A DNA stretch of 43,617 bases from NCBI GenBank assembly GCA_964354595.1, contig CAYHAR010000003.1, forward strand, positions 1 to 43,617, written 5' to 3'. Within the stretch, counting starts at the first letter, position 1. Each line of letters starts with the position of its first letter. A program made the position numbers and the translations under genes. This document shows, in pieces, positions 26,236-35,850 of the stretch. Under the pieces are notes generated by a model. That model had not been told where the DNA came from and ran no database searches. It saw only the letters and a program-made list of their open reading frames with translations. The DNA is from an uncultured Anaerolineae bacterium (GTDB lineage: Bacteria > Chloroflexota > Anaerolineae > Fen-1058).

Positions 26236-27774
26236 TCAGTGATCCGTCAGTTTCAGTAGGTGGATGGGATGGTTGTCGCTTTGAAGCGTTTCCACTAGAA
26301 CTAGTCGCGGGTCAGACTGTGGGTGCTCGTACAGCGCATCCAGAGCTATAGGATGATTGGCCTCCAAGGCCATCCAGGTCGCGCCATATCGCCGGGCTGC
26401 AGCCAGCAGTGTGTCTACGTCGCCATTGGGGATTGCGATGGCTGGCTGACCCGTGTGATAGAAATAGCCCGGCGGATTGTTGACCATCACGATGGCCGAT
26501 GGCTGATAGTTCAGCCGCGCGCCGATGGACTGGTAGACGGCGTCGGCCTTGTTCCAGTCGCGCGCGCGCGGTAAATAAATCGCAGCGCTGAACACGATGG
26601 CAAAAGCGACCAATCCCCACGTAAAGACGTGTTGGGCCATTCTTGTATTCCACGTGGCGCGGCGCGTGGCAATCCAATCCACCGCCGCGTCCAGCCCAAC
26701 CATCGCTGCGGCAAAGATAAAAGGCAACAACGCTGCGCTCGAATGAAACATGCCGCCGCGCACACCAGGAAACGTAAAGGCGAGCGACATGGCCAGGTAG
26801 AGCGCCGCGCTGTAGAGTGTCACGATTTGATACAGCGCATCCCGTCGCCGCAGCCAAAATCCAATGACCACGAATGGAGCAAGGAACACCAGTCCATCCA
26901 CCGCGATCAGCGTCAACAGGTTTGACCACAGCCCGTCGAGCTTGGAACGCAGAATATTCTCCGCGCCCCAGGCCAGGTATGTTGACAGGTCCAATGTCCT
27001 GCCAAAGCTGTAAAGGTCGTCGTAGGTGGTCAGGAACAAGGTCTTGGCGCCCGCTGTCGAAAGCAGCCGTCCTGTCACTGCCCAGTTGTGGATCAGCCAG
27101 GGACTCGTCACGGCAGCATAGCCAAGCGCCATCCACAGCCCATGGCGAGCGCGCGAAATGATTGTACCACGATTCAAGGCCAGCATGAGCAGCGCACACA
27201 CCAAGAGCAGCACGCCATCTGCGCGCGTCAGGTGAGCCAGTCCCGCGCACACGCCGGCGACGAATCCCCATCGCTCCCTCTTGCTGGCCGCCCACAGGCT
27301 CAGTGATCCAAACACTGCGAACAGCGCGAACGTTTCGGGCATTGCCCAGAACGACACAAAAAAGCCGGAAAAGATGGCAAACAGCGCAGCCGCCCAGCCG
27401 TGACGACGATTGGCCGATGTCTGCCAGGCGACAGCGTAAGCAATCACCGGCAGCAGCGCGGAAAGCAGAATGAATGGAACTTGTGCCGCACGAAAGTTGA
27501 CGCCGAAAACGCGCATCGAAAGCGCGGCCAAGATGGAGGGTAGCGGCATCCAGTACTGATAGCTGGGCCGGGGTAGGGCGGGTGGATCGTCGAGATAATT
27601 CCAGATGAACGGCTCGGTGAACCCACGCCCGGTCGCCAACTGCTGTGCGCCGACGGTGTAATAGTAGGCGTCCATGTAGCCGGGCTGCATCTGCGGGAGC
27701 GCAAATCCGATCCGCGCCACAAGGGCTAGGGCAAACACCAATGCCAGATCGCGCCAGACTGTTCGACTGTTCAT
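26236..27774 (-). CDS. GT-C fold (family 39/ArnT-like) membrane glycosyltransferase
   Basis: Polytopic protein with first-loop motif PGYMDAYYY and a C-terminal soluble domain. ATGA overlap at 27771-27774. Confidence 0.7.
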   Translation of the reverse strand: MNSRTVWRDLALVFALALVARIGFALPQMQPGYMDAYYYTVGAQQLATGRGFTEPFIWNYLDDPPALPRPSYQYWMPLPSILAALSMRVFGVNFRAAQVPFILLSALLPVIAYAVAWQTSANRRHGWAAALFAIFSGFFVSFWAMPETFALFAVFGSLSLWAASKRERWGFVAGVCAGLAHLTRADGVLLLVCALLMLALNRGTIISRARHGLWMALGYAAVTSPWLIHNWAVTGRLLSTAGAKTLFLTTYDDLYSFGRTLDLSTYLAWGAENILRSKLDGLWSNLLTLIAVDGLVFLAPFVVIGFWLRRRDALYQIVTLYSAALYLAMSLAFTFPGVRGGMFHSSAALLPFIFAAAMVGLDAAVDWIATRRATWNTRMAQHVFTWGLVAFAIVFSAAIYLPRARDWNKADAVYQSIGARLNYQPSAIVMVNNPPGYFYHTGQPAIAIPNGDVDTLLAAARRYGATWMALEANHPIALDALYEHPQSDPRLVLVETLQSDNHPIHLLKLTDH

Positions 27775-29369
27775 GGCGACTCTACTCGATAGATCGTCAC
27801 GTCGCCCGCGCGGAATGTCTGAATCAGATATGGCGCGCGCGATGGATCGAACGTGCCCAGGGCGCGCTCGTCCGGGCCGTGATACACGTAGCGCACTCTG
27901 AATCGCTTCAACGTCGCTTGACGCTCGACGTCGGCCGAGGTCGCGTCAAAGAACGCCGCGACCTCGGCGTGCTTGCCGCCATAGTCCACCGTTTCCGCCC
28001 AATGGCCTAGCACGACGCGATGGCCGATCCGCGCCGGGATCAGGCTGCCCACCGATTCGGAGGCTAGTACCGTCTCGTCTGGCGACGAGTGCGCGCCCAG
28101 CCAGTTAATCGCGGCGATTCGATCGGCGGGGTGAAAAAATTTCTCGCTGTGCATGGATGCCAGCGTCGTGTAGCCAATGACCATGTACACGTTCGACATG
28201 GACGCAAGGGCCAGAATAAAGTTGATGACCACAAAGCCCACTCGCGCCGACATGCGTTCAGATAGCCTGGCCAGGCCATACGCCGCGACGAGGCACAGGG
28301 GAACATGGAGCCCCTCGGCAAAGCGGCGCTGAATGCCGACCGGAAGGTATAGCATCACGCACGCCACACCAATCCAGATCAGCACGAAAACGGCTCGGTC
28401 ACTACATTCGCGCACAAAGCGCCTCACTCCCAGAAGGGCAAACACCAGCACCAGTCCGAACCCAAGTACATAAAAAATCGGCGGGGGCGATAACGTAATG
28501 TTTTGTACCGCCCACTGCTGAAATACCGGATCGCCAATGAAAACGATCACACTGTATAGCAATACCGGGGCGGCACCCGCCATTGCTGCGGAGACGAGCC
28601 ACCACCAGCGGGCAGAAACGCCACGGCGCCGAATCAATTGCATCACTCCAAACGCCATCGCCGGGCCGATGATGATGGCTATCGCGTAGGGGTGAATCGT
28701 GGTGAGCAAGAACGCAAACAGTGCTGTTATGGCACAGGCGGCTAGGCCTCTTGTCGAGACTCCAAGAGCAGGCGGCTCCAGCTGCTCGATCAGGCGTATA
28801 GAGATTTCTAGCAGCAGCGTCATCGCAGCCGTAAAGTGCGGAAAAATCATGATCGAAAAGAACGAATTGGCGTCAATCAACCAAAAGTCAATCGGCGAGA
28901 TGCCATTCGGACCGGCTGGCGCGACAATCTGTACCAGCCAACCCAACCCTGACGAGAACGCGACCAGCGCCAAAGCCAGCCGGTGAACTGTGCGCGTTGG
29001 CTGGAAGGCTGCAATGAAACGATGCGCCGCGACGAGGAACAGCGCGCCAAAAACAATTCGCGCCAGTTGATAGACCAGAGGCAGGGATAGACCTGTCGCG
29101 CGAGCCAGGTGTCCGAGCGCAACGTAGAACGTTTGCAGGTACGCGCCCGCGTGATCTTCGGGCGTGAACAGCAAATGATATAGCCACTCTCCTTGCGCGC
29201 CTTGCTGCATCTTGGCGAGGTGGCTGTGGTAATCGTCCAGATCGAACACCGCGCCGGAAAAACGCGCGTCGTTCGTCTGCGCGGCATATCCCATCACGTA
29301 AGGCGCAGCGGAAAGCGTGAGCGCAGCCACAATCACCACGGCGACGTAGAGGCGGTCAGCGCAAGTCAT
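27771..29369 (-). CDS. Polytopic membrane protein, GT-C-like (family unassigned)
   Basis: 532 aa with 12 or more hydrophobic segments, first loop FDLDDYHSHLAKMQQG, and a C-terminal soluble domain. Confidence 0.6.
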   Translation of the reverse strand: MTCADRLYVAVVIVAALTLSAAPYVMGYAAQTNDARFSGAVFDLDDYHSHLAKMQQGAQGEWLYHLLFTPEDHAGAYLQTFYVALGHLARATGLSLPLVYQLARIVFGALFLVAAHRFIAAFQPTRTVHRLALALVAFSSGLGWLVQIVAPAGPNGISPIDFWLIDANSFFSIMIFPHFTAAMTLLLEISIRLIEQLEPPALGVSTRGLAACAITALFAFLLTTIHPYAIAIIIGPAMAFGVMQLIRRRGVSARWWWLVSAAMAGAAPVLLYSVIVFIGDPVFQQWAVQNITLSPPPIFYVLGFGLVLVFALLGVRRFVRECSDRAVFVLIWIGVACVMLYLPVGIQRRFAEGLHVPLCLVAAYGLARLSERMSARVGFVVINFILALASMSNVYMVIGYTTLASMHSEKFFHPADRIAAINWLGAHSSPDETVLASESVGSLIPARIGHRVVLGHWAETVDYGGKHAEVAAFFDATSADVERQATLKRFRVRYVYHGPDERALGTFDPSRAPYLIQTFRAGDVTIYRVESP

Positions 29370-29372
29370 GGC

Positions 29373-30911
29373 TCACTCTCCCACACGCTCGTAGCGATAC
29401 ACGCGCAGATTGCCCAACGCGATCACCTCCGCGCGGCGAAAGCGCGCGTCCATCCAGCTCAAGTCGGGGTGCTCGCGCCCGACGGCCTTGTACTCGGCAA
29501 TGGCCTGCTCGTACATCACCACCCACACGCGCCGCGCGCCCGAGGTGGCCGCGTCGAGCGTCGTCGCGTAAAGCCCCAGCGCCTGCTGAGTGGGATAGGC
29601 CAGCGTGTCCTCGCCGGAGCCGGGCGCGTCGCGGACAAAGCTCTGCGGCAATGACTGGTCGTAATAGTGCGCGGGGAAAAACGTCAGCTTGTTAGCGTGG
29701 ACGATCACGTCGCCCGGCTCGATTTTTTCGCGGAGCATTGCGTCGAGTTGGGCGAACGGCCCGCGCGGAAAATCCTGGTAGCTATAGTAACTCGCCAGCG
29801 TCGCGATGACCAGCCCGGCCAGAATCGCCGATAGCGTATAACGCGCCACGCGCGGCACCTGCGCCACGGTCCACGCGGCCAGAAGCAGGTAACAAGTTGC
29901 TGCTGGGAGCAGTCCTCGAATGACGTACACCGGCCGCCACTGCGAGACCAGGAACAACATCAACACGGGCGCAAAAGCCAGCGTCGCCAGCAGCCACACG
30001 CCAAAGTGTGCAGGAGCGCCCTCATGGGCGCGATGTCGCGCCTGGGAAAGCGCTCCTACCAATTGCACGATCACCACGACGAGCAACAGCACTGCGCCGA
30101 ACAGAGCCGGAGCAATCAGGCCGCGTGGAAAGATGGCGTTCTCAAAATCAAAACTAAAGACGATAAGCGTCTGCACGAGCGTCTTCAAGTCGGGCCGTGT
30201 TACCCAATAAGCCTGCTCGATCTTGCCGAACTGGCTCGGCACCAAAGCCAGCCAGGGTGACCACAGTATCGCCATGATCAATCCGGCTAGTGTGGTCTTG
30301 ACCACCAAAACCCAATACAACCGACCCGACAAAGCGCATGCGACGACAAACACTCCCAATGCCACAAATGTGAGAAAGCCCAGGTTGTGACTGTATAATG
30401 TCAGCGTCCCCAAGATGACAAAGGCGATCCACGCGCGGAGTCTGCCCGTCCGAGCCGCTCGAATAAAAGCCCACAGCGAAGCCGCGCTGCAAAATCCCAG
30501 GAGCGCATACATCCGTGTCTCTTGCGAATAAGCGATGAGGAACGGCGACGCCACCGTGAAAGCGGCGGCCCACACCGCCACGCGCTCATCGAATAGTTCG
30601 CGCGCCAATCCCCACGCCGCGACGACAGTTCCCAGGCCCAACAACATGGAAGGCATTCGCACGGCGAGCGGTGTTTGCCCTACGAGTTGCATCCATCCGT
30701 GAAGCGCAAAGTAATACAGCACGGGGTGCACGTCCGCTGCCGCGCCCTGGACCCGCGCGAGCGTCCCGTACAAAATCTCGCTCATACTTCGGCTGGCATA
30801 CAGCACAGCGAACGCCTCATCATACCAGAGTAGCCGGTCACTCAAGTTGACGAGTCGCAACGCCGCCGCCAACGTCAACAAGCCAATCAATGCCCAGGAG
30901 ATGCGCTTCAT
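29373..30911 (-). CDS. GT-C fold family 39-like membrane glycosyltransferase
   Basis: First-loop motif LWYDEAF. It is paralogous to 34418..35848 and 35851..37281 and shares SPF(L/H)I(A/W)YSQE(T/D)RMYA. Confidence 0.8.
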   Translation of the reverse strand: MKRISWALIGLLTLAAALRLVNLSDRLLWYDEAFAVLYASRSMSEILYGTLARVQGAAADVHPVLYYFALHGWMQLVGQTPLAVRMPSMLLGLGTVVAAWGLARELFDERVAVWAAAFTVASPFLIAYSQETRMYALLGFCSAASLWAFIRAARTGRLRAWIAFVILGTLTLYSHNLGFLTFVALGVFVVACALSGRLYWVLVVKTTLAGLIMAILWSPWLALVPSQFGKIEQAYWVTRPDLKTLVQTLIVFSFDFENAIFPRGLIAPALFGAVLLLVVVIVQLVGALSQARHRAHEGAPAHFGVWLLATLAFAPVLMLFLVSQWRPVYVIRGLLPAATCYLLLAAWTVAQVPRVARYTLSAILAGLVIATLASYYSYQDFPRGPFAQLDAMLREKIEPGDVIVHANKLTFFPAHYYDQSLPQSFVRDAPGSGEDTLAYPTQQALGLYATTLDAATSGARRVWVVMYEQAIAEYKAVGREHPDLSWMDARFRRAEVIALGNLRVYRYERVGE

Positions 30912-32131
30912 CGCGTCTCACCCCGAACCACGTCTTGTCCCGGCATGAGGCGCAGTGCCAGCATGACCAGGAACAATGTCACGGGCAGAATGGGCGACAG
31001 GATGACGTGCTCCACGCGGTACCCCAGCGGATCCGATGGGATCACGCCAGCGGCACGGACTCCCCACATTCCCACTACCGTTGCCAAGGCCAGTCCCGTG
31101 CCGATCACTTTGCCCCACACGCCGCGCGCCGAGAGATCATGCAACACCATCACGAGTGGCAACAACAGCATCACCTGGTTGACCAGTGACGTGCGCGGCG
31201 CGATGAGCGTTGTGACGACCAGTGTGAAGCTGATTGCCCACATTGGCAAGGGTTGTGTGCGCCACTCGCGCCACCAAGCTTCGGTCAGCCCGGCCAGCAG
31301 CGACAGAACCAACACCACGGTTACTGCGCTGGCTTGCTTCGTGGCGATGACCTCTCCCATCAACGCCACGGGCGACGGAAAAGGCTGCGCCTCATAGTAA
31401 CTTGTCGCTGCCCGCCAGGTGCCCATCAGCCAACTGGGACACACGACGAAAGAAGCCAACATCAGCGCTCCCAGCGCAGCGGCAAAGGACACCAAGAAAC
31501 GATAGCGACGTTGAGCCACTGCCCAGAGCAGCAATGTCGGCGCTAGCAAAAAGACCATCTGCGGCTTGGCCGTTGTCAGCGCCAGGCAGGTCCCGGCCCA
31601 ACTGTCTTGCTTGGCGCGCAAAGCCAGCAGTGTTGCCATCATCAGCGCAAAGACCGGGGGGGAAACTTGGCCCAGCAACAACGCCCAAGTCATTGGATAG
31701 AACACCAAAGCTCCGAGTGTCACGAGGAGCACCCGGCGAGCCGAAAGCTCCCAGCCTGCGACTCGCATCGCGCCCACAGCGCCGAGAACTGCAGCTAGCT
31801 CCAACACTGTGAACCACGCTGCTTGCGCCCAAGGCAGTGGCAGCAAGAACAACGGCAACAAGAAAAGCAGAATGTAGAGCGGGTAAACAAAGGCGCGATT
31901 GTCTTCGTCCTTTTGCGCTGGGCGGCCATAAGATTGCATTTGGAGCAAGTGAGTCAGTTCATCGGAATAGGGGCTGCCGCGCCCTTCTATCATCCATCGC
32001 CCGGCCTGCCACAGCGGCTGCAAATCCCACACGAGCAGCTTTTTCTGAGAAGTCAGAGTCGTATATATCCCGACCGTGTTGCCCACCAGGAAAAGAGCAA
32101 CCAGCACGATTAGCAGTGCACTCTTTCTCAC
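30908..32131 (-). CDS. DUF2029/GT87-like (PimE-type) membrane mannosyltransferase-like protein
   Basis: WDLQPLWQAGRWMIEGRGSPY ... FVYPLYILLFLLPL, polytopic. ATGA overlap at 30908-30911. Confidence 0.65.
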   Translation of the reverse strand: MRKSALLIVLVALFLVGNTVGIYTTLTSQKKLLVWDLQPLWQAGRWMIEGRGSPYSDELTHLLQMQSYGRPAQKDEDNRAFVYPLYILLFLLPLFLLPLPWAQAAWFTVLELAAVLGAVGAMRVAGWELSARRVLLVTLGALVFYPMTWALLLGQVSPPVFALMMATLLALRAKQDSWAGTCLALTTAKPQMVFLLAPTLLLWAVAQRRYRFLVSFAAALGALMLASFVVCPSWLMGTWRAATSYYEAQPFPSPVALMGEVIATKQASAVTVVLVLSLLAGLTEAWWREWRTQPLPMWAISFTLVVTTLIAPRTSLVNQVMLLLPLVMVLHDLSARGVWGKVIGTGLALATVVGMWGVRAAGVIPSDPLGYRVEHVILSPILPVTLFLVMLALRLMPGQDVVRGETR

Positions 32132-32147
32132 CGATCGTCTCCTTGAC

Positions 32148-33350
32148 CTACCACATGCCAGCGGCCAGAATCAGCGCCAGGCCGGAAGACGCCCACCACG
32201 CCACGGCAAAAGGCAACGCCCGCCGATGCAAAGCGGCCATCCAGATCAACAGCGCGGCCAGCAAGCCCAGGCCGACGCGCAGGATAGCCAGCGGATCTTC
32301 CCAGGTCGGCTTGGGCATGAGGGCGATGAAAATTGCCTGAGTCAATACCAGGAGCGCATCGTGTCCTCGGATGCTCGTGGGATCGCGCCAGGTATCCCAC
32401 GCTGCCCACAGCCCCACCATCGCCGCCGGCGCCAAGACCCATAGGCCCACAATGACCTTGCTCGCCGGGTCGGTCAGGTAGCGGATTCCTTCAAACGGGA
32501 TCAAGAGCGGGCGAGTCTGGTAAGCCGTCATCGGCGACGCGCCCAGCCAGGCGGTCAGAACAATAGACCAGAACAAGTAGGGCAAGAGGCTGGTCGTGAG
32601 TAGAGCAATCTCTCGCCAACCTTTTTTCAACAGTTGCCAAACGACCAACGCCGCAGGCAAGATCAGCGCCATCTCTTTGGTCAGCCCGCCTACTGCGAAC
32701 AGGCAAGCCGCCCAACCGGATCTGCCTTTCTCAAAAGCCAGCCAGCCGCCCAAGGCCAGCGCCAGGGCCAGCGGCTCGGTCAGGTCTGCTCGGACGGCGA
32801 CCAGGTAGCCCAACGAGAGTGGCATGACCAGCGCCAGCCAGCGCGAAGCGCCGCGCCGCGCCAACAATTCGCCCAAGACGATGCAGCCCGAGGCCGCCGC
32901 GATCAGATTGATGACCAGCATTGCCCACGCAATCCCCGTTGGATTCCCCAGTCCCAGCATCCGCGCCAAAAGTGGGTACACGATGCGCCGGTAGCGAAAG
33001 TCGGGCTGATCGAGTTTATCTTGGGCGTCCAGCGGATCAACTGCGATGGCATACGAGAACTGGCCGTCGTAACCGGTGCCTCCGCCCCAGGGATGATCGG
33101 CAAGATCGGCAGGTCGCTCAAAAATAAAGGCGCGCGGATTCCAGCCGTGATTGGCAAGCACCTTTAAATCAAAGAGCAGCAGCGCCAGGGCCACGACAGC
33201 GCCGGGCAAGAGACGAGACTTCAGGTCGTCACCTCCTGGGAATTCATCGCTTGGATCAATTCGACGAGCAGCAAGACGAGCAGAATCGTCCGCAGCGGAA
33301 TGGTGAGGTAAAGCCATTGGTTCATCCCGCGACTGAGAAACACCGGCCAT
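32148..33350 (-). CDS. Polytopic membrane protein, GT-C-like (start uncertain)
   Basis: GYDGQFSYAIAVDPLD loop motif followed by about 9 TM segments. The track ORF overlaps the upstream gene by 130 nt, so the true start is probably internal (e.g. ATG 33317). Confidence 0.5.
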   Translation of the reverse strand: MAGVSQSRDEPMALPHHSAADDSARLAARRIDPSDEFPGGDDLKSRLLPGAVVALALLLFDLKVLANHGWNPRAFIFERPADLADHPWGGGTGYDGQFSYAIAVDPLDAQDKLDQPDFRYRRIVYPLLARMLGLGNPTGIAWAMLVINLIAAASGCIVLGELLARRGASRWLALVMPLSLGYLVAVRADLTEPLALALALGGWLAFEKGRSGWAACLFAVGGLTKEMALILPAALVVWQLLKKGWREIALLTTSLLPYLFWSIVLTAWLGASPMTAYQTRPLLIPFEGIRYLTDPASKVIVGLWVLAPAAMVGLWAAWDTWRDPTSIRGHDALLVLTQAIFIALMPKPTWEDPLAILRVGLGLLAALLIWMAALHRRALPFAVAWWASSGLALILAAGMW

Positions 33351-34414
33351 TCAGCCAGGTTGATAAAGCTCAGAGTGAGGATATACAGCAACGCCCGGCC
33401 TAGCGGCAGCGCGATCAACACAAAGGGGATCAACATGACCAGCCACTGCGGACTCCAGCCTTTGCTCCACAAGAAAAAGACGATCAGAGTGATTGCAGTG
33501 AATGGCATGAATCGGGAATTAAAAGTTGGTGGCTTGCGCGCCCACAGCCACAAGTAGAACGCGCCAAAGGCAACGAGTGGGAGGAGGGGCGGGATGCGCG
33601 GCGGGTTGCCTTGCGGGGCGACGGCCACTGCCGGGTCCAGGTGTTCATTCGCCGCGCCGAAAATGCCGGTGGTCAGGTTGCCATCCACGAGCGCCCACAC
33701 TGTCAGCCACGACGTCTTGGCTGTCTGCGCGCGAAGCGAAGCATTAGCATACGTCGGGCTGGCGACGAGGAACGGCACGAGCACGACGGCGCAGACGACA
33801 GCCAGGATCAGCGTGTAGATGATGGCCTGGCGCACATCACGCCGGAATCGCCAGATGACTGGCAGCAGCAGCGCCGGAAAGTATTTGACCATCGCGCCCA
33901 CGCCCGCCCACACCGCCGAGCGATTGGAACGTCCGCGCAAAAATTCGTCGGCGGCCAACAACAGGAAAAAGGTCGAAATCACATCGTGGTTGTGCCACAT
34001 CACAAACGCCGGCGCGAACAGCAGCGCGTACACCCAGGTCAGCTTGAGCGCATTCTCGCGCGAGTGGATGTGACCGGTCAGCCGAAAGACCATCGCCACG
34101 TTGCCCGCCTCAAAGACGAGCATCACCAGCGCCAGCACGGTGGCGAACGAGTGGTACGAGTCGCCCGTCAACGCATAGACGCCTTGATAAAGATAAGCAA
34201 ACAGCGGCGGATATTCCACCCAGTAGCCGAGGAACGGCAATCGCCCCGCCTGGGCTAATTGCGCCAACCCGTAATAGTACGGATAGTCGCCGTACACGGT
34301 CAGGTTGTCGGCAGGATAGGCCATCAGCCACATCAACCGGAAGGCGACGAACAATCCCCCCACCAGCGCAATGTCGCGGCGCTCGACCAGCCATTTTCTC
34401 ATTCGCAAGAGCAT
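33221..34414 (-). CDS. DUF2029/GT87- or PIG-V-like membrane glycosyltransferase-like protein
   Basis: YGDYPYYYGLAQLAQAGRLPFLGYWVEYPPLFAYL, polytopic. Confidence 0.6.
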   Translation of the reverse strand: MLLRMRKWLVERRDIALVGGLFVAFRLMWLMAYPADNLTVYGDYPYYYGLAQLAQAGRLPFLGYWVEYPPLFAYLYQGVYALTGDSYHSFATVLALVMLVFEAGNVAMVFRLTGHIHSRENALKLTWVYALLFAPAFVMWHNHDVISTFFLLLAADEFLRGRSNRSAVWAGVGAMVKYFPALLLPVIWRFRRDVRQAIIYTLILAVVCAVVLVPFLVASPTYANASLRAQTAKTSWLTVWALVDGNLTTGIFGAANEHLDPAVAVAPQGNPPRIPPLLPLVAFGAFYLWLWARKPPTFNSRFMPFTAITLIVFFLWSKGWSPQWLVMLIPFVLIALPLGRALLYILTLSFINLAEWPVFLSRGMNQWLYLTIPLRTILLVLLLVELIQAMNSQEVTT

Positions 34415-34417
34415 GGC

Positions 34418-35848
34418 CTATCTCTCCCTATCCACTCGCACAACACTCAAGCCGGGCAGTCGCAGGTCCAAAGCCACCTGGTCTTGATGAGCCGCCAGCC
34501 AGGCGCGGACAGGCGGACTGGCCTCGGCGAAAACGTCAAATGGATCGGACTTGGACAGGCGATGGTTGTATTCGCGCGGGCTTCGCCAGACCAGCCAGAC
34601 TCGCTTGTATCGAGCGGTCATTGCTTCTATCGTCCAAGACGATTCTTCGGACAAGACCATGTGCGGCCATTCGCGTGTTCGATAAGCCGATGCGCCGATG
34701 AGCGTTTCCTGATCTTGCGCCAATACCACGTCATCTTGCGCCAGGTCCGCTTCGATAGCGGCAGTCGCTCCGCGCCACTCTTCTTTGGCAAAGAGCGGAT
34801 CGGCATACAGCCGGCTCGTGCCCCACAACATGGCGATTAGCGCGACCGCCAACGCCGCGATTCGCCACGTCACTCGACGCCAGGCCATGATGCCGGACGA
34901 CAAAAGCAAAAGGTATGCTGGCAAGCTCGCCATCAAGTAGCGATCCACATAGTAAGGGCGACGCAGCGAAAGCAGAAACAGGGAACCGATGGGCAGCGCC
35001 AGCCACCAGGCCAACAGCCGCCGATTTTCATTCCAGGGAAAAAAGCCGCGCAGGAAAACCAGCGCAACGCCCACCATCAATACGACCACCGGCAGCGTGA
35101 TGGTTTCTGTGTCCGCCGTAACAAAGTTCCACAGGGTTTGCAGTGGAGCGAGTAACCCCGGGCTGGGAATCCAGCCTAGCCCGGTCGGTCGCGCTCCACT
35201 TGCTACATACCAGGCCAGCCAGGGCATCAGCGGGATAAACGCTGCGACTTGCGCCAGCAGCCAACGGCGCGCCAGTCGAGTTTCCCGCAGGCGAGGCAGC
35301 AGATGAATCAACTGGACGTAGAGCAGTGAAAAGCTGGCATAGTGCATCAGATAAGCCAGCCCGCTGCCCACGGAAAAGAAAATCCATCGCCGCGGGTTGC
35401 GCTGCAGCAGGACAAAGCGATCCATCGCCAGCACGCTGAACAAGGCCATCGGCGCATACATCCGTGCATCCTGCGAGTACCAGATATGGAATGGGCAGGC
35501 TGCCAGCAAAAGAGCCGCCGCCACGCCGCCTGTCTCTCCTATCAACTTGCGCCCCAACTGGTAGATAGCCGGAATCGCCAAAACGCCGAACGCCGCCGAC
35601 AGAAAGCGAAAAGCGTACTCGCTGATGCCAGCTAGCGCCGTCACCGGGCGCAGCAAGAGAAAGTAGAGAGGCGAATAGATGCCGGCCACCAACAGCGCTG
35701 CCAGGCTATCGCCCAGCGGAGCCAGCGTCGCCAGGCGGGTAAAGCACTCGTCGAACCAAAAACTCTTGGCGCCGAGTTGGCATAGCCGGAGCGCCGTCGC
35801 CAGCAGCGTGATGCCGATCACTTGCCACCGGGAGCTTGGCCACTTCAT
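34418..35848 (-). CDS. GT-C fold family 39-like membrane glycosyltransferase (tandem paralogue A)
   Basis: Starts MKWPSSRWQVIGITLLATALRLCQLGAKSFWFDECF at ATG 35848, 2 nt after the upstream stop. 476 aa. Confidence 0.8.
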   Translation of the reverse strand: MKWPSSRWQVIGITLLATALRLCQLGAKSFWFDECFTRLATLAPLGDSLAALLVAGIYSPLYFLLLRPVTALAGISEYAFRFLSAAFGVLAIPAIYQLGRKLIGETGGVAAALLLAACPFHIWYSQDARMYAPMALFSVLAMDRFVLLQRNPRRWIFFSVGSGLAYLMHYASFSLLYVQLIHLLPRLRETRLARRWLLAQVAAFIPLMPWLAWYVASGARPTGLGWIPSPGLLAPLQTLWNFVTADTETITLPVVVLMVGVALVFLRGFFPWNENRRLLAWWLALPIGSLFLLSLRRPYYVDRYLMASLPAYLLLLSSGIMAWRRVTWRIAALAVALIAMLWGTSRLYADPLFAKEEWRGATAAIEADLAQDDVVLAQDQETLIGASAYRTREWPHMVLSEESSWTIEAMTARYKRVWLVWRSPREYNHRLSKSDPFDVFAEASPPVRAWLAAHQDQVALDLRLPGLSVVRVDRER

Positions 35849-35850
35849 CT